Source: Octopus vulgaris (taxonomy: Eukaryota). Taken from it: a stretch of DNA of 64,000 nucleotides. This document shows, one piece after another, positions 1 through 12,480 of the stretch. A program made the position numbers and the translations under genes. The stretch covers positions 91,822,001 through 91,886,000 of the forward strand of contig OX597822.1 of NCBI GenBank assembly GCA_951406725.2, read 5' to 3'. Under the pieces are notes generated by a model, which made no database searches, was not told the DNA's origin, and saw only the letters and a list, made by a program, of their open reading frames with translations. The first letter of the stretch is position 1. Every line of letters begins with the position of its first letter.

Positions 1-217
1 ACAAAATAAAAATAAACAAAAACAAAAACGTATATAAACAGAAGATACAAATATTACAAGCACCCCCCCCCACACAAACACACACACTAACTAAACATAG
101 ACACACATAGAGGTATATGCATGCACAAATGAAGACACATACAATAGGAATACAAAATACAAAATGGCTGACCGTTAGTAAGGAGAGACACACAAATAAG
201 AAAGAAGAAAGCAAAGG

Positions 218-259
218 GCCACTGATGAGGTCACAGGAGTGTGATGAAAGAACTCTGGC
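218..259 (+). ncRNA. Candidate minimal type-I hammerhead ribozyme in a pLTR-like relic
   Basis: GCCA-CUGAUGA-G-GUCAC(AGGAGU)GUGAU-GAAA-GAAC-UC-UGGC: intact core, 5-bp stem II, 4-bp stem I, very short stem III. Confidence 0.5.
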
Positions 260-426
260 AGAAATAAGATTAAGATTAATGTAAAAAATAAATAACCCAC
301 CAAATATATAGTGCATGTGTTTTTATTGGTTAAACTGGCAAAATGACCATTCCTAAATACAACAATATACATATATTCATATATACATAATATATACATA
401 TACATATATATACATAATATATATTC

Positions 427-685
427 CTTTACTTGTTTCAGTCATTTGACTGTGACCATGCTGGAGTACCGCCTTTAGTCGAGCAAATTGACCCCAGGAC
501 TTATTCTTTTGTAAGCCTAGTACTTATTCTATCGGTCTCTTTTGCCGAACCACCAAGTTACAGGGACGTAAACACACGAGCATCGGTTGTCAAGCGATGT
601 TGGGGGGACAAACACAGACACACAAACATATGCACACACATACATACGTATATATACATATATACGACGGGCTTCTTTCAGTTTC
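427..685 (-). mobile_element. tRNA-derived SINE, 5'-truncated
   Basis: Near-identical to the full copies at 39025-39425 and 47933-48326 (tttacttgtttcagtcatttgactg...gcttctttcagtttc). Confidence 0.85.
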
Positions 686-930
686 TAGCTTTTGGTGAAG
701 TAGAAGAGGTTAGAAAGGGTCAAGTGGTGAAGATATTATTTCGGCCTAGCTAAAGGCATCTGGAAGATGTCAAACTGCTGTCAGAGAAAAACCATTTTTC
801 CATTATGGAAACAGTTCTGTTGCAGCATTAATTTAAATTTGGCTATGGTGGATCGAATCCATTTCATGCATGCAAGATTCACTACATATATTATATATTT
901 ATTTATAATATACATATTATATATATACAT

Positions 931-1047
<117 letters not shown>

Positions 1048-1084
1048 CATGTATATATATATATACATACATCTATATATATAC

Positions 1085-1126
<42 letters not shown>

Positions 1127-1163
1127 ATATATATATATATATACATCTATATATATATACATC

Positions 1164-1211
<48 letters not shown>

Positions 1212-1843
1212 CATGTAACTTTAAATTTAAAATAATAAGGGTGAAAAATTGAATATTAATTTGATTAATATCAATTTAAAACCAGTGGTGTAGCATATTG
1301 AAAAGTCTGAAGTTTCAGAAAAAATTATATTACATACATATAAGAGGGATGACCTGTAAGTGGACATTCATTATGCTAGAAGAAGATCTGCTATGGTCTT
1401 ACCATTACTTTGTTATATAATAGTTTGTTATATAATAGTTTCACTTTAATAGTTTCACTATTAAAGTGAAAGCATCTGACATTACAACTGAGAAATGTTA
1501 TTGTTTCACTTTTGACAGGTAATACTGAAATAGTGGAGAAGATATGATATTTCTGTGGGCTCGCACTAGGCAAAAAGTTAAAATTTTTTTGCCCATGACA
1601 CTATATGGACCCTAAGTAAGGCATGTGTAAAATTTGAATGAAATTGGTTGTGTAATTCTCAAGTTTTAGGGATTGACACAGACATACAGACACACATTCT
1701 CATCTTTATATATATAGATATACTACATTTATATATTATCTTTAATAAATTATTTTTCAGAAATATATAACCTTATATATATTATATATATATATTATAT
1801 AGATATGTATGTGTGTATATATATATATATATATATTATTCAT

Positions 1844-1900
<57 letters not shown>

Positions 1901-1918
1901 TATATTATGCATACATAC

Positions 1919-1994
<76 letters not shown>

Positions 1995-2004
1995 GTATGT
2001 ATGC

Positions 2005-2038
<34 letters not shown>

Positions 2039-2163
2039 ATGAATAATATATATATGATATATATATACACACATACATATCTATATAATATATATATATA
2101 TATATATAAGGTTATATATTTCTGAAAAATAATTTATTAAAGATAATATATAAATGTAGTATA

Positions 2164-2450
2164 TCTATATATATAAAGATGAGAATGTGTGTCTGTATGT
2201 CTGTGTCAATCCTTAAAACTTGAGAATTACACAACCAATTTCATTCAAATTTTACACATGCCTTACTTAGGGTCCATATAGTGTCATGGGCAAAAGAATT
2301 TTAACTTTTTGCCTAGTGCGAGCCCCTAGAAATATCATATCTTCTCCACTATTTCAGTATTACCTGTCAAAAGTGAAACAATAACATTTCTCAGTTGTAA
2401 TGTCAGATGCTTTCACTTTAATAGTGAAACTATTAAAGTGAAACTATTAT
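2164..2450 (+). mobile_element. Non-autonomous Helitron-like 5' fragment (mirror copy ends at 1718)
   Basis: A|TCTATATATATAAAG start followed by a (TGTC)-type microsatellite, as in the Helitrons at 8589 and 47030; no CTAG 3' end seen. Confidence 0.4.
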
Positions 2451-2451
2451 A

Positions 2452-2590
2452 TAAGAGGGATGACCTATAAGAGGACATCCCTTATGCTAGAAGATCCACT
2501 ATGGTCTTACCACTAACAAAGTAATGGTAAGACCATAGCGGATCTTCTTCTAGCATAATGAATGTCCACTTACAGGTCATCCCTCTCATA
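2452..2590. repeat. ~140 bp imperfect hairpin at the end of a pLTR-like element
   Basis: gagggatgacct...tatggtcttacca pairs with tggtaagaccatag...aggtcatccctc. Confidence 0.8.
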
Positions 2591-2725
2591 TGTATGTAAT
2601 ATAATTTTTTCTGAAACTTCAGACTTTTCAATATGCTACACCACTGGTTTTAAATTGATATTAATCAAATTAATATTCAATTTTTCACCCTTATTATTTT
2701 AAATTTAAAGTTACATGTATGTATG

Positions 2726-2791
<66 letters not shown>

Positions 2792-2826
2792 GATGTATAT
2801 ATATATATAGATGTATATATATATAT

Positions 2827-2864
<38 letters not shown>

Positions 2865-2986
2865 GTATATATATAGATGTATGTATATATATATATACAT
2901 GTATATATATAGATGTACATGTAATATGTACACATATATATACACATATATACATGCATGCATATATACACCCATACACAGACATG

Positions 2987-3088
2987 CATAGGTGCAGGTG
3001 AGGCATGGCTGTGTGGTAACAAACTTGGTTCCAAAACACATGGTCCTGGGTTCAGTCCCACTGTGTGGTGACTTGGCATATGTCTTCT
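2987..3088 (+). mobile_element. SINE 5' head fragment
   Basis: tggctgtgtggtaa (A-box-like) ... gggttcagtcccactg (B-box-like); matches the head of the 39025-39425 SINE. Confidence 0.7.
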
Positions 3089-3099
3089 GGAGACAGTTG

Positions 3100-4180
3100 A
3101 TGGCTCCCCCATTACATGGTAGTATATATCACACTGTTATTGTGAAGGATATAAAAGTGACACAGTAATCATGTTATAAAACAATGAACAGAGCCCAACA
3201 TCCATGTGCAGACACTGATCACCTATACACGAAGACAGTAAATGAAGGAAGGGGAGTGATAAGTGTGGAGGACTGCATACATATCGAACTCATGAGCTTA
3301 AAATAAGGAAACCTTGCTAGTATCAGTTAGGAATGAGGGTGTATTGAAAGTAGAGAAAAAGGGAAAAACAAAGCAAGAAATATAAAATGGACATGAAGAA
3401 ACATTACACAATCAATTCCATGTAACCACAACCGAAGTTGCTGAGATATATAGGTGAGAGCAGCTGAAGAAAGGTAGCACTTAAAAAAAGTGACTGAGAG
3501 TACCATACTGGCTGTGCAAGACCAAGTTTTGGCCACAAACTGGAAGGTCAACCTTAGGAATGAACAGTAGTCTCTGCTGTGCCACATCTGTAATAGATTG
3601 TATTAGAGTGGATGAAACCATTGCCTGTATCATGAATGAATGCCCAAGACTTAGCTAAAACCATTACAAGTTGTGGTGACTCAATGAGTGTCACTACACT
3701 CTGTGTGAAAAGTTGGGTCTAGAGAGAGACAAGATGTGGTATGAGCACAAACTGCAGAAACTGACAGAGTTGGAGACCTGCAAAATTCTGTGGGATTTTC
3801 CAATCCAGACAGATTAGGTGCTAGAGCATAACAAACTGGACCTAGTAGAGATGGACAAGATACACCACATAAGCTATATAATTGACCCATGAATAATCAA
3901 GAAGGAAGATGAAATAGCCCAGCTATGGAAAATAAGGAAAGTGATGACAGTGCCAACTATCAGAAGCATCAAAAGAAATATAAAGGAGATCGCAATAGAG
4001 TGCTCAGTAGAACTGTTACAAAAGGTTCACCTCCTTGGCATGGTCAGAACAATTAGGAAGATATTAGAAAGTTGAAAAAAACAGTTAGCATGGTACCATA
4101 GGCTGCAAACAACAAGCCTGCTATGCATGCAAGACTCCAAGAGTTCCAACAAAACTTGAGTTAAAAAGAAGAAGAAGAAG
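3100..4180 (+). mobile_element. Decayed R4/Dong-type non-LTR retrotransposon, 3' part (RLE endonuclease)
   Basis: Broken frames give ESTILAVQDQVLATNW, a CCHC-like remnant, LWDFPIQTD..HNKLDLV and terminal LLQKVHLLGMVRTIRKILES*; (gaa)n tail. Confidence 0.75.
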
Positions 4181-4401
4181 AATGGTCAATATAATAGTTG
4201 AACTGTAAATCCATAAAATGTAGTTCATACACAAGAATAATCCAATGGCATGATTCATTTCATAGGGATCAGTATTAGACTCATATTAAAAAGAGAAAAC
4301 ATAGTTTGGTTATACTGATGGACATGCATACACAAGTTTATAGCAGGAGAAATATCTATGATCTATACCATTATTCATTAGGCTAGAGGTCATAAAGTGA
4401 A

Positions 4402-6700
4402 TTATGAAAGAAACTTTAAATAGCCACCCAAATTAAACCCAAGATTTACACTCTCTTCCAATATATGAATAAACAAAATTAGTTGACCAGTATTATGTAG
4501 AAATGTTTTCTTCATAAAATAGAGACATCTAATAATGATCTCATCAAATCTCTCTTTGAGGATACCTCTGCAGTTCATCATAGCAAGTGATTCAGTGTAA
4601 CACAATGTGCAATTGCCACTGCCTCCTATACAAGACATGGAATATCTGACTATTGACCAAAGGATCAAATATTCCTTACCTTGTTTCAATTTCCAAATCA
4701 ATTTAGATAATAATATATGGTTGGCCTTCCTTTGTTTGAAAGTTGAACAAATGATTATGTAACCTAACTTTAAAGCAGTTTAAAATTATGCCAATATAAT
4801 TATATATTGTTTTGGACATTAGGATTGAACATTTGTAGATTACATTGTCAATAAGACATTTGTTTTCTCAGAGGGTATTTGATGAGTCTCCTAAAATAAC
4901 ACATATTCAAGTTCTAAGCTGAAGCACTATTTCTAAGGTTGGTGGTGTTAACAAGACATCTGGATTCATTATTATTATTATTATTCAAATTAGAGCTACA
5001 CTTACTTGTTCTAATATTCCCTACTTTATTATGCCTACTTTGGTTGTTCTCACATTCATTACTGCTATCTGTTAGTGCCATAGATATTATTTCTACCATC
5101 TTGTGAGCTGTCAGATACTCTGTTATCCACATTTGTTACTTTAATAACTGAGTCAAAAATTTTCCATGTTGGAAATTAGGATTAAAATTAGAAACATTCT
5201 GGTTCTCTACATTATTTGTAAATATATTCCTCATTTTTTATATGCTCGGCAACATTTAGTGTTGCTGAATATGAAGATTTAATCATGCGCATGTTAAATA
5301 TCTTCTTATATCTACTAGAAGAAGGGAAGTTTCTTTCCAAGATTGTGAAAAAAATACATTAAGCAATCTAGGATTTACATTTAGAACATAAGATGGATTA
5401 TGCTAGATCACTTCCTTGTTATGTAATCTATCTGTGTTTTTCTTGAATCTCCTGGGTTCATAGCAGTCATTATGAATCTTGGCTGCTGAAGCTATGCCTA
5501 GAGAAGTAGCTTGGTTCTTACTCACAAGTGAATTACTACCTACTTTCCAGCTGTAATTACACTTATATAATACAGGTAGTATTTTGCTTATATTTATGTT
5601 GTAATTTAGTGGAATGCATCACCATTCATGAGCTATTAAGGCTATTATTTACACTACTTAGGCAAAAACTTATTATCCGACACAGTTCTACTTTTAGACT
5701 CAATTCTAAATTTATTGAAATTATTTTTGTCAGGGTGTAATTTACTAGAGTGAGATTTACCTGTTGAATCTTTATTTATCTGTTGAATCTTCAAGGATAC
5801 ATTGATTAGTTCCCTTATATTTAGCTCTTCCAAGGACACTATTATAATAGTATGCATTTTGGTTTAAAATTTCTTTATTAGCAGGTAACTGAGAACTTCT
5901 AAAGGAAACGCTATTGATTATGGAATTGATAACAGCCTTTGGGTGATAGGAATTCTTATTCACATAGTGGAGATTTTCATTCAGCTTACAATATGGTCTA
6001 TATAGACCAGTATTAAGCTCAAATGTAATGTCTAGGAAATTGACAACTATATGATTTTCTTCAATGATTATGGATAAGCCTGTACTTTTAAAGAATTATT
6101 TAAGTCTTTTGCTAATTCTTCCTATCTCTACATTGCTACAGTTATTGAAAATAAATAATGCATCAACCCTATATAGACCATTTGCAATATCTGCAAAATC
6201 ACATTTTAATCTATTCAAAATATAATACCTACTGAATTTGTGATCTGCACCAAATCACTAGATCCCATTGTTACTTCAGCATTATTTACCCTATCCTTCC
6301 TAGTTCAGAGTTAACCATCAAAGTTAATAAGTGTTCTCTTAGCAGTGAGAATTATATCAATCTCATTCCTAGATAAGTTTGAGCTCTCAGTAGCAAATAT
6401 TAGTGATTTATTTAAAAATATAAGGTTCATACTTGAATAGTAGCTGTTGATATTTACTGGAATGAATCTACATTTGCTCTTATCACTTTTAAAACAATAT
6501 ATAACATTAGTCATATACAGTCACAGATCTAATTTTACCTTAACTTTTAAACTCAGACATAGCCCTATCTAAAATTAAAGTAGCATTCCAACCTATGTCA
6601 GATCTAGATGTTTCAAACCATACAAGGAATATTATTTTCATTAATTACTCTAATTTGGATGGGTGGTATACATTTTGTCTATTTGCCTGGTCGCTGGACA
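4402..6700 (-). mobile_element. Decayed Penelope-like element (RT, thumb and C-terminal endonuclease region)
   Basis: Fragments VTMGS, LYRVDA, VNFLDITF, YVNKNSYHPKAVINSI and IWKLKQGKEYLILWSIV...CTLCYTE; many stops and frameshifts. Confidence 0.75.
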
Positions 6701-6888
6701 TGCTCATAGAGTGGAGAAAATTCATCCTGCATTGTGAGTTTCATAATCTGCATTCTTTCATAAGTTCCTTTCATAAGTTTGTCAACAACTATCGGTGGTG
6801 TATATTTCATTTGTCACTGTTATTTATGACATCATTCATGCGTTTGTACTGGTTTTAGCTTTAAAAAATTTACAACAATTTCTCTACG

Positions 6889-6981
6889 TAGGGTTAGGGT
6901 TTTAGGGTTAGGTTTAGGGTTTTAGGGTTAAAGTTAGGGTTTTAAGATTAGGGTTAGGGTTGGAGTTTTAGGGTTAGGGTT
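6889..6981 (+). repeat. Degenerate interstitial telomere-like (TTAGGG/TTTTAGGG)n
   Basis: tagggttagggttttagggttaggtttagggttttagggtt... about 13 imperfect units. Confidence 0.85.
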
Positions 6982-7019
6982 ACAGAAAAAAGCGAAAAAT
7001 GAAGAAATAGGAGGGGGAT

Positions 7020-8585
7020 TTTCTCCTTCAGTTCTGATAGTGACTCAGCAATTAGAGCAAGGTCATCAGCATAGAGGAGCTCCCAGGGGTATCCTGTCTT
7101 GAATTCCTCCGTAATTGCCTGGAGGACTACGATAAATAGGAGGAGGATGAGGACTGAACCTTGGTGGACCCCTACCTCCACCCAGAATTCTTCACTTTAC
7201 TTGTTGCCAACCCTCACCTTACTAACAGCGTCCCTGTACATGGCTCTCACAGCTCTCACTAACCATTCATCTATCCCTAGTTTCCTCATTGACCACCAGA
7301 TAAGGGATCGGGGGACCCTGTCAAAGGCCTTCTCCATGTCAATGAAAGCCAGGTACAGAGGTTTATCTTTGGCTAGGTATTTCTCCTGCAGCTGTCTTAC
7401 CATGGTACTTTTCAGTGGTACTTTTCATTGGCACGAACCCAAACTGCATCTCATCTAAACTGACTTTCTCTCTAATTAGTTGGGCTATGACCCTCTCCGT
7501 GACCTTCATTACTTGATCCAGCAACTTGATACCTCTGTAATTATTTGTATCTAGAGCATCACCTTTACCTTTATAGCAGTTGACTATTATGCTGCTACAC
7601 CAGTCATTTGGTATGACTCCTTCATGTATCACCTGGATAACTATACAGGTGACTAGGCTATAGCCGACACTGCCTGATATTTTGAGCATCTCTGCAGTAA
7701 TTCCTGATGGGCCTGGGGCTTTCCCTGTCTCCATGCTTCTAATTGCCTTCACTACCAAGGTACTGTCAATTCGGATAGCTGGTCCCTCTGTTGGGTAGAC
7801 ACTTGGCAAACTCTCTTTATTGAGAAACCTTTCATAGTGGCGTCTCCAAACATCTCTCTTTGCAGCCTCATTTAGTGCAAGTGAACTATCATCCATACGG
7901 ACACATTTCTCTCCTACCACATCACGATTCTCTCTCATGCACTGTCTTGCAACATGAAATACTTCAAGTCTTTGGTCCTCAAGGCACAGAACATTGGCAA
8001 ATTTTTTATCTGCTTTCCTCTGGCTAAATAAACCTGTCTCCTAGCTTCCCTTCTGGCAGTCTGATATAATTCCCTGCTACCTCCGTTCTTTGAGTCCCTC
8101 CAAGCCTGTTTCTTTTGTCTAATAGCCCTGTCAACCACATTGTTCCACCACCACGTTACCTTGGGTCGAAATGGGACTTTGCTCCATCCACAGATCTGGT
8201 CAGTGGCTCTCAGCAGATTGTTCCATAGAAACCTTCAGTTGTCTTCCACATTATGTGATGCTATATCCCCTTCTATTTCATTGAAGGCTTCGAGTAGTAC
8301 GTCTCTAAATCTCTGTCCATTTGCAAGATCTTTAAGCTTCCAGACCCTTCTCCTCCAAGCTGATCTTCTGGGCAACCATTTAGCCCTGAACCTGAAGTCG
8401 CTAACTACTAATCTATGTTGAGGGGTACATTCTTCGCCTGGGAAAGTTTTGGCATTTATAAGCAGCCTGCTTTCCCTTTTTCTGGCGAAGATGTAGTCAA
8501 TCTGGCTAGTGTGTCTGCCAGAACGATAGGTGACTAGGTGACTGGCAGGTTCTCTGAAGTTGGTATTGCAAACCATAAGATCATT
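7020..8585 (-). mobile_element. RTE-clade LINE fragment (end of APE domain through RT YADD)
   Basis: SQIDYI...PQHRLVV, GKAPGPSG, NYRGIKLL, QFGF, FIDMEKAFDRVPR, GVHQGS, LLYADDL; frameshifted. Confidence 0.9.
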
Positions 8586-8588
8586 ATA

Positions 8589-9317
8589 TCTATATATATA
8601 AAAGAGGCTTTGGGTCAAAATTGTGTGCACGTTTTGCTACGTCAGAGGTTGGCGGCCACGCCAGTGGTCAGATCAAGCTGAAAATCGATACAGGCATAGA
8701 AGGCGTGATTAGGCAGAGTTGAGTAGGTTAAAACTCACCATCTGGAAAGATGTGGTTGCTATGGTGAGAAGATTCAAGGGGGCTCTAAGCCTCTCCAGAT
8801 TGCTGTGATTGGCATCTAATCCTATCTATAAAATGAAGAAGGCGAACGTAGACACAGATTGAATTTTTATGTAAAAAGGGGTCTAAATGGGGCTGGAAGA
8901 GGATTCAAATTTACAGGAGGGGGTAACTTGAGGGTGGAAATTGATTGGGAGACGTTTTGTGGCACTACAGTGGTTGCTTTGGTGTGAAAACTGGGATTTT
9001 ATTGATTTTGGGGGACACTTGGTGGTCTAGATCAGACACCTTTTGCCCGATTTCAATCAAATTTTCAACATGGTAAAGTGGAAGCGGATTTGTAATTTAA
9101 ACGCAGAAATCTAATTTTTTTTATAAATGGCAGAGAGATAGATAAAGAGTAAGAAAAAGCGAGGGAAAGTCTGAGATAAAGGAAGAGTAAGAGAGTGGGA
9201 AAATGAGAAAGGATAAAGAAACAAAGAGGGAGAATGTGGCGATAAGAAACAGAAAGGAAGCGACAGAAAGTAACAACCACAACCTCACCCGCACGTAGAG
9301 TGGTCACCTTAAGCTAG
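8589..9317 (+). mobile_element. Non-autonomous Helitron
   Basis: A|TCTATATATATAAAA 5' end, degenerate subterminal hairpin cccgcacgtagagtgg, CTAG|T 3' end, no TSD. Confidence 0.7.
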
Positions 9318-10254
9318 TATATATATATGTCACAAATTGTAAGTGGCCTATTGCCATATACTCTGCAACACATGGGAGCATGTAAGTCATCTAAGAATCC
9401 ATAAATCAGAAAAAATTAACACTTATGTATTTGTGTGCAGAGGAAGTATATTAATCAAAGTATACATTTTTATGGATCCATTAGACAATTACCTAAGACT
9501 GCACTTATCAGTGTGGTAGTTAGGGAAAATATGAGAATGGATCTCTGTATTGGAGGTGAGGAAGTGCCAGAAAATTTCCTTCTTGCAGTTCAGGTAGGTT
9601 CTTGGGTAAAGAGGCTTCTTTATTATAGTTTTTTTTTCTCAGCCTTAAAGAGCTCTCTTCACACATACATCTACCTATACTGCAAAACTGAAATCTTCAG
9701 CTTGTGATCACATGAAAGAAAATATGTGATTAGTTACCTAATGACTCCACCATGATTATAAAATGTTAGGAAGCCCTAATGTTTATAATCATTAATCCTT
9801 TCACCACCATAAACTGAGAGCCCAGCAAAATATTGATGACACTCAACCACATACACATAAATACATGAATGCACTAACACAGAGTTTATGGTTTTGGGTG
9901 CATATCCACACCCTCTTCCTCGCACACACACCCTGTACATATATCAATCGCTACTACTCACACCCAAACTCCACTTTGCTGGCAGTGTCCACTCACTCAG
10001 GCATTTTGGGTAACTCTTGATTGAATTCAATCATTAATCATCTCCCATGGCATCGTTTTATTTTTTTTGCAACACCCACAAACCAGGTGTGACACTTCCT
10101 CCCCTCAGTAACTGAGAGCTGTCCCCATTCTTTCTATAGTAGCTACTTTGATGAGCCAGTCTTAGGTAATCATCTAAGTACCTAATATCTTGTATGAAAT
10201 TGATTGCTAAGATCAGCTGAAATGAATCTATCTTACTGTATACTTTGATTAATA

Positions 10255-10435
10255 GTGTTTTGTATCTGATTTGCAAGATTCTTTTTGTGGATTTGTGTAT
10301 TGAAACAAATTTTGTGGTGTCTGGGGAGAGTCATACTGCCTTAATATGTAACACACTCACTGGTTCAATTTTCACTCATTTATTCATATTTTTTCTTCTC
10401 CAAAATTTTAATTGCTTTGCAACCTTGTCAATGGA
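10255..10435 (-). repeat. pLTR-like relic homologous to the 24020-24351 element, with a decayed HHR
   Basis: Shares gatttgcaagattc...gtgtctggggagagtc...gcaacctt with 24030-24205; minus strand reads UCCA-UUGACAA-GGUUGC-AAA-GCAAU-UAAA-AUUU-UGGA. Confidence 0.55.
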
Positions 10436-10526
10436 TGTTGACTCTGTCCCTTATCTGAGCTGCATTCCTTTTGTCTGATTGTGTGCATATGTGCGTGCCA
10501 GCATGCATGTGTGCTTGTCTATGCAC

Positions 10527-10557
<31 letters not shown>

Positions 10558-10959
10558 TATATGTATGTATATATGTGTATGCATGTGTGTGTATGCATGT
10601 ATATATGTGTGTGTACATATGTATGTGTTAAGCATATTCATGTGTTTATATGTGTGTGCATGCTTGTGTATTTGTGTGTGTATGTGTGTTTCCTTGTATG
10701 TGTGTGTTTGAGTGTGTTTATGTGTATGCCTGTGTGGAGTGTGTGTGTGAGTATGGTCATGTGTTTCCATCTCCTTTAGTGTGCGTGTGTGTGCTTGTCT
10801 GTCCATATTACCTATGTACCTGTTTATCTACTTACCTATGTATCTATTTATTTACCAACATATCCATTTACCTACCTACCTATATATATATATTTGCCTA
10901 CATAACAGCCTACCAGTAAATGTACCTATGTATGTATATTCTATGGGTATTGGGATATC

Positions 10960-11545
10960 ACTACCTTCTATGTGTATTTCCGATGTTGTACGGGGATGTT
11001 TCATTTATAAGGACATACTCCTGTATTTGTCTAAGTGATGGGTCCTTCAGGTGCTTAGATAAAATGTGGATGTCAAGTCGGCCCAGTGTGCCTGCATGTT
11101 GGTCTTTGGAAGACTGTTTCTTGTCATTATATTGCTTCAAGTGTTAAGTTTGGTCTACTTCAGAGCCTTCTAAATCTACAGGCTAGTTCCCCATCAGGTG
11201 TGGCCTCTGCAAACATCACTCCTTGATATTTGTCAACCCTGTACCATGTGTTCTTTCTGTTTGCTTTGTCACAAACTGTATAATATTCCATTCTTTACCT
11301 CTGTATCTAGGTAGATATGATGCTATCTAACTTCTTTCTAGCTCCCCTGAATACACGAATCCTATCTTTTTGGTCATATCCAGAGAATTGCCGGTGGTGC
11401 ATGAAGTTCTGTGCATGATTCCTTGTTTCAAAGGGTTCGCATAGTGGGGACACATTATTCATTATCCTAACTAAGTCTGCTACTAGTTTGTTGCTTTTTG
11501 TATTGTATGACAAAGCTGAGTTCTTGTGGACAATGTTGTCCATTC
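10960..11545 (-). mobile_element. Penelope-like fragment, same family as 25860-26990
   Basis: IVHKNSALS...LVRIMNNVSPLCEP...FSGYDQKDR..., NTWYRVDKYQGVMFAEATP. Confidence 0.75.
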
Positions 11546-11849
11546 TTTACTACTATAAATAGAATGACAATAAAAATAATAGATTATCTTTCATAAAATC
11601 ATTTCTATTTTTCACTATATCTGAAAAGGAATATTTGTTATAATTGATCTCCTGTAGAACTGACAACTGGTGTTGGTGTGTTTATGTTCCTGTAACTTAG
11701 TGGTTCAGTAAAAGAGATTTTCAGAATAAGTATCAAGCTTAGAAAAAATTCTGGAGTCAATTCATTCAACTAAAAATTCTTCAGTGTGGTGCTCCAGCAT
11801 GGCCACAGTCTAATGATAGAAACAAGTACAAGATAAAAGATAATACCGT

Positions 11850-12480
11850 CTGCAAAGAAAGCTGTCCTGAGATAAATATAAACAACACCTCTGCTATGGA
11901 ATATATACATACAAGGAATATTTATTTCTTTACTACCCACAAGGGGCTAAACACAGAGGGGACAAACAAAGGGATTAAGTAGATTATATCGACCCCAATG
12001 CATATCTGGTACTTAATTTATTGACCCCGAGAGGATGAAAGGCAAAGTCGACCTCGGCGGAATTTGAACTCGTAACGTAACGACAGACGAAATACGGCTA
12101 TGCATTTTGCCCAGCGTGCTAACGTTTCTGCCAGCTCGCCACCTTTTACATACAAGGAATATTGATGGAACATTCTCATCAAACTTTCTACCAAGCGCAA
12201 GCATAACAGACCTGACACAATTATTTGGGACAGAAAATAACTGTCATAGAGCTAAGTTACTCTGAAGATGTGAAAGTCACTTCTAAACCCAGCAAGAAGA
12301 AAAATGTTTATGAACAACTGTTTCCAAACCAGCAACTCCTCTACTCTGGTAATAAATTTACATTCGCACTAATAACCATTGGTGCACTCAGTTATGTTAG
12401 TAAATACCCAAGTCACAATTTGGAGCTGTTAGGATTTTTAATCAAAGAAAATGGCCAGTTAATATGAATTTACAGTGAAA
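11850..12480 (+). mobile_element. RLE-type LINE 3' fragment interrupted by a SINE
   Basis: WNILIK...HNRPDTIIW, VIELS..E, K...YEQL, ITIGAL (PD..E..K..Y RLE pattern). Confidence 0.6.
11923..12146 (-). mobile_element. tRNA-derived SINE with a 17-bp TSD
   Basis: Head ggcgagctggcagaaacgttagc, B-box gagttcaaattcc, gcctttcatcc domain; TSD tacatacaaggaatatt at 11906-11922 and 12147-12163. Confidence 0.9.

Noticed and set aside
1293-1332. AUA-UUGAAAA-GUCUGA..UCAGA-AAAAA-UUA-UAU as another U3-A8 hammerhead
   Set aside because: GAAA is absent and two substitutions must be assumed; too speculative to call
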